Assembly (NCBI GenBank): GCA_031178105.1 | Contig: JAPSJX010000001.1 | Location: forward strand, 21,906-85,905 | Length of the DNA: 64,000 nucleotides | Direction of reading: 5' to 3' | Source: Agrococcus sp. | GTDB taxonomy: Bacteria; Actinomycetota; Actinomycetes; Actinomycetales; Microbacteriaceae | Shown here: in pieces, positions 61,020 to 64,000 of the stretch | Layout of the letters: every line of letters starts with the position of its first letter | How positions within the stretch are numbered: position 1 is the stretch's first letter | Position numbers and translations under genes: made by a program | Notes under the pieces: model-generated | Told to the model about the DNA's origin: nothing | Database searches by the model: none | The model's input: only the letters and a program-made list of their open reading frames with translations

Positions 61020-62306
61020 TCAGACGTTGCGGTCGCCGCGCTCGCGCAACTCGCGCTCGTCGAGCCCCTCGCCCTTCGCGATGCGACGGCGCACCTCGTC
61101 GAGGGCCTCCGGATCCATGTCCTGGCTGGCGGCCTCGCGCAGCACGTCCTCATGGAAGTCGGCGGCGGGCGCCTCCGTGCCCTTCGCGTCGACCACCTGG
61201 AGGGTGCCGGTCTCGGAGTGCTCGACCCGCAGCGGGCGGTAGAACGTCTTCCCGGTCGCGTCGACGATGTGGTAGTGGCCGTCGGCGCCGAGCTCGGCCT
61301 CGGACGGGCCGAGGTGGAGCGATGCGTCGCCGGTCTGCTTGGCGTCGATGCGCAGCTTGATGAGCGACGCGACGACCGCGACGACCATCGCGAGCAGGAT
61401 GACGAGCAGCGAGTGCCACGTCTCGATGTGGGGGACCCACTCGATGTGCTCGCCGCCGTTGATGAACGGCAGCTCGTTCTCCTCCATGGCGTGGAAGACC
61501 AGCTTCACGCCGATGAAGCCGAGGATCGCCGCGATGCCGTAGTGCAGGTACACGAGCCGGTCGAGCAGGCCACCGAGCAGGAAGTACAGCTGGCGCAGGC
61601 CCATGAGGGCGAAGATGTTGCACGCGAAGACGAGGAACGGATCGGTCGTCACCGAGAAGATCGCGGGGATCGAGTCGATCGCGAACAGCAGGTCGGTGGT
61701 GCCCAGCGCGATGATCACCATCAGGAACGGCGTGAGGTAGGTGACGCCCTCCGAGCGGAGGCGGATCTTGCCGCCGTTCCAGGTGTCGGTGAAGTTGAAG
61801 CGGCGCTTCAGCAGGCGGACCGCGAAGTTGTCCTTCTCGCCCGCGTCGTCGTCGTGGCCGAACGCCTGCTGCCACGCGACGTAGACGAGGTAGGCGCCGA
61901 AGATGTAGAAGACCCACGAGAACGACTCGATGAGCTGCACGCCGACGAGGATGAAGATGCCGCGCAGCACGATGGCGATCAGGATGCCGATCATGAGCAC
62001 GCGCTGCTGCATCTCCTTCGGCACCGCGAAGCGGCTCAGGATGATGATGAAGACGAACAGGTTGTCGATCGACAGCGAGTACTCGAGCAGCCAGCCGGTG
62101 ACGAACTCGCCGGCCTTCTGCTGCTCGCCCGACAGGAACAGCAGACCGGCGAAGACGAGCGCGAGAGAGACGTAGAGCACGACCCAGGCGGTCGCCTCCT
62201 TCATCGACGGCACGTGCGGCCGCTTCACGACGATGAGCAGGTCGAAGATCAGGATGGCGACGAGGACCGTCAGCGAGACGATCTCGAAGATCTGGTAGGG
62301 GGTCAA
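61020..62306 (-). CDS. TerC/Alx family metal homeostasis membrane protein with C-terminal extension
   Basis: LEYSLSIDNLFVF, DLLFAIDSIPA, NIFALMGLRQLYF; TTG start. Confidence 0.93.
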   Translation of the reverse strand: MTPYQIFEIVSLTVLVAILIFDLLIVVKRPHVPSMKEATAWVVLYVSLALVFAGLLFLSGEQQKAGEFVTGWLLEYSLSIDNLFVFIIILSRFAVPKEMQQRVLMIGILIAIVLRGIFILVGVQLIESFSWVFYIFGAYLVYVAWQQAFGHDDDAGEKDNFAVRLLKRRFNFTDTWNGGKIRLRSEGVTYLTPFLMVIIALGTTDLLFAIDSIPAIFSVTTDPFLVFACNIFALMGLRQLYFLLGGLLDRLVYLHYGIAAILGFIGVKLVFHAMEENELPFINGGEHIEWVPHIETWHSLLVILLAMVVAVVASLIKLRIDAKQTGDASLHLGPSEAELGADGHYHIVDATGKTFYRPLRVEHSETGTLQVVDAKGTEAPAADFHEDVLREAASQDMDPEALDEVRRRIAKGEGLDERELRERGDRNV

Positions 62307-62338
62307 GCGAGGGCCTTCCGGTGGGTGCGCGATCGGGC

Positions 62339-62436
62339 GCGAACGTCTCTCCCGCGCAGAACGCGCCGCCGCGACCGGGAGTGCAGCATCGGACTCCGTG
62401 ATGACGATCGCGGCGAGTCGGGATACTCCCCTTCGC
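62339..62436 (-). ncRNA. yybP-ykoY (manganese-sensing) riboswitch
   Basis: Minus strand GCGAAGGGGAGTA...CGTCATCACGGAG...CTCCCGGT...GAGACGTTCGC directly upstream of the TerC gene; TAGACT -10 box at 62445-62450. Confidence 0.88.
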
Positions 62437-62475
62437 CGCGACCGAGTCTACCGGCTGCCCGCCTAGCATGGACGC

Positions 62476-63345
62476 ATGGCAGCGAAGTGGTCTCTCACCG
62501 GCGCCCTCCGGGGCATGTTCCAGCGCGAGACCATCACCGAGGAGACCTGGGACGACCTCGAGACGGCGCTCATCACCGCCGACTTCGGGCCCGACATCAC
62601 CGAGCAGCTCGTCGAGGGCCTCCGCGCCGACGTCGAGCGGCTGATGGTCGACGACCCGAAGGACCTCAAACGGATGCTGCGGGAGCGGCTCGAGGAGCGC
62701 TTCGCCGAGTACGACCCGACGCTCGCGCTCAAGGAGCGGCCAGCGGTGATCCTTGTCGTCGGCGTGAACGGTGTCGGCAAGACCACCACGATCGGCAAGC
62801 TCGCCCGGTTCCTCGTCGTGAACGGGCAGTCAGTCGTCGTCGGTGCCGCCGACACCTTCCGCGCCGCGGCCGTCGAGCAGCTCGCGACCTGGGCGCAGCG
62901 CGCGGGCGCCGCGATCCTGCGACCGGAGCGCGAGGGCCAGGACCCCGCATCCGTCGCCTTCCAGACCGTCGAGGCGGCGAAGGCCCACGGACACTCGATG
63001 TGCATCATCGACACCGCCGGTCGCCTGCACACCAAGGGCGGCCTGATGGACGAGCTCGGCAAGATCAAGCGCGTCATCGAGAAGCAGTCGCCGATCGCGG
63101 AGGTGCTGCTGGTGCTCGACGCGACCACGGGGCAGAACGGCGTCAACCAGGCGATGGCCTTCATCGAGCACGCGGGCATCACCGGGCTCGTCGTGACCAA
63201 GCTCGACGGCAGCGCCAAGGGCGGCTTCATCCTCGCCGTGCAGGAGCGCACCGGGATCCCGATCAAGCTCATCGGGCAGGGCGAGGGCATCGACGACCTG
63301 ACGGGGTTCACGCCGCACGTGTTCGTGGAGCAGCTCGTCGGGTAG
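62476..63345 (+). CDS. ftsY: Signal recognition particle receptor
   Basis: GVNGVGKTTT, DTFRAAA, DTAGR, TKLDGSAKGG. Confidence 0.97.
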   Translation: MAAKWSLTGALRGMFQRETITEETWDDLETALITADFGPDITEQLVEGLRADVERLMVDDPKDLKRMLRERLEERFAEYDPTLALKERPAVILVVGVNGVGKTTTIGKLARFLVVNGQSVVVGAADTFRAAAVEQLATWAQRAGAAILRPEREGQDPASVAFQTVEAAKAHGHSMCIIDTAGRLHTKGGLMDELGKIKRVIEKQSPIAEVLLVLDATTGQNGVNQAMAFIEHAGITGLVVTKLDGSAKGGFILAVQERTGIPIKLIGQGEGIDDLTGFTPHVFVEQLVG

Positions 63346-63364
63346 CGGGCCGACTGCCGGGCCC

Positions 63365-63422
63365 TGTCACCAGGGGAGGATCCGTCGGCCGCAGCACCCC
63401 CGAATCGCCTCCGTCCGTGACA
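63365..63422. repeat. ~58-bp imperfect palindrome, REP-like family copy 3
   Basis: TGTCACCAGGGGAGG...CCTCCGTCCGTGACA; right arm repeated at 63433-63448. Confidence 0.6.
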
Positions 63423-63525
63423 TTCCGCCCGGATCGCCTCCCTCCGTGCATCAGCGTCGGCCCGATTGTCGTATTGACATGCGGTCGGCGTGGCTCGACA
63501 GTGCCGCCATGACGCGGAGCCGGTC

Positions 63526-64000
63526 GTGAGGTCGCCACGAGTCCTGCTCGCCGGCGTGCTGCTGGCGCTCACGCTCGCGGGATGCGCCGCGGGCCCAGCC
63601 ATGCCGCGCGCGCAGGTGGCGCCCGTCGAAGCGGGGGCCACCTCGCCGACCGGCATGCCGCCACCGGTGATCCCCGAGGACTGCCGCGCCATGATGGGCA
63701 TCCTCCCGGTGTCTCCGGAGGACCCCGACCCATACTCGAACAGCTGGGCCTTCGCGCTCCGCCACGCGCTGGCCGTCGACCACCCCGAGGCGTTCGCCTT
63801 GGTCAGCATCCGGGTCGACGATGTCGTGGTCTATCCGATCGCCGGCGACGTCCAGGGCACGCGGCGGGTCGTGCAGGCAGCGGTCGACGGGCTGGCCGCT
63901 GCTGGCTTCGCCGTCTCGGGATGGCGGCTGGGCGAGCCCCGCTCGTGGACCTTCACCGACCTCTGCAGCACCTTCGACCTGCTCCTCGCAGCGCACAGCC
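63526..64000 (+). CDS. Hypothetical lipoprotein, truncated by the window end (not in the ORF track)
   Basis: GTG start, VRSPRVLLAGVLLALTLAGC lipobox; frame open to 64000. Confidence 0.7.
   Translation, partial: MRSPRVLLAGVLLALTLAGCAAGPAMPRAQVAPVEAGATSPTGMPPPVIPEDCRAMMGILPVSPEDPDPYSNSWAFALRHALAVDHPEAFALVSIRVDDVVVYPIAGDVQGTRRVVQAAVDGLAAAGFAVSGWRLGEPRSWTFTDLCSTFDLLLAAHS

Noticed and set aside
63451-63996. 181-aa minus-strand ORF at the window end
   Set aside because: The opposite strand has an open frame with a clear lipobox starting at 63526.

Overview
Very GC-rich actinobacterial chromosome segment. Gene content and order fit Microbacteriaceae, possibly Agrococcus-like (inference, not a database result). 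Left half (240-28768): a stand-alone single-module NRPS (C-A-T-pseudoT-TE, glycine-type A domain) converges on a ~24-kb Wzx/Wzy-type exopolysaccharide/capsule locus. The locus carries a priming sugar transferase, seven GT2/GT4 glycosyltransferases, flippase, polymerase-like protein, Wzc-like kinase, LMW-PTP, deacetylase, pyruvyltransferase with an FrhB-like Fe-S protein, a TagD-like cytidylyltransferase with a CDP-alcohol phosphotransferase, and a secreted LamG/PKD protein with a lipoprotein. Right half is mostly core genome: kgd, HNH divergent from a PolA-like polymerase, guaB1, two CNNM proteins, GT87, metX/metY, SDR, ZIP, yceD-rpmF-rnc-mutM, GNATs, glgX, smc, duplicated lipoproteins, alkA, terC with a yybP-ykoY riboswitch, and ftsY. 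Best leads: (1) the atypical Gly-NRPS as a possible polysaccharide aminoacylation device; (2) an ungapped 70-bp promoter/operator module repeated 19,550 bp apart upstream of two EPS transcription units; (3) three ~57-bp palindromic REP-like elements next to lipoprotein genes; (4) a 27-aa ORF translationally coupled at both ends between two GNAT genes. No CRISPR array, tRNA, rRNA or transposase was seen. Many start codons were trimmed by eye from the ORF track and are approximate.
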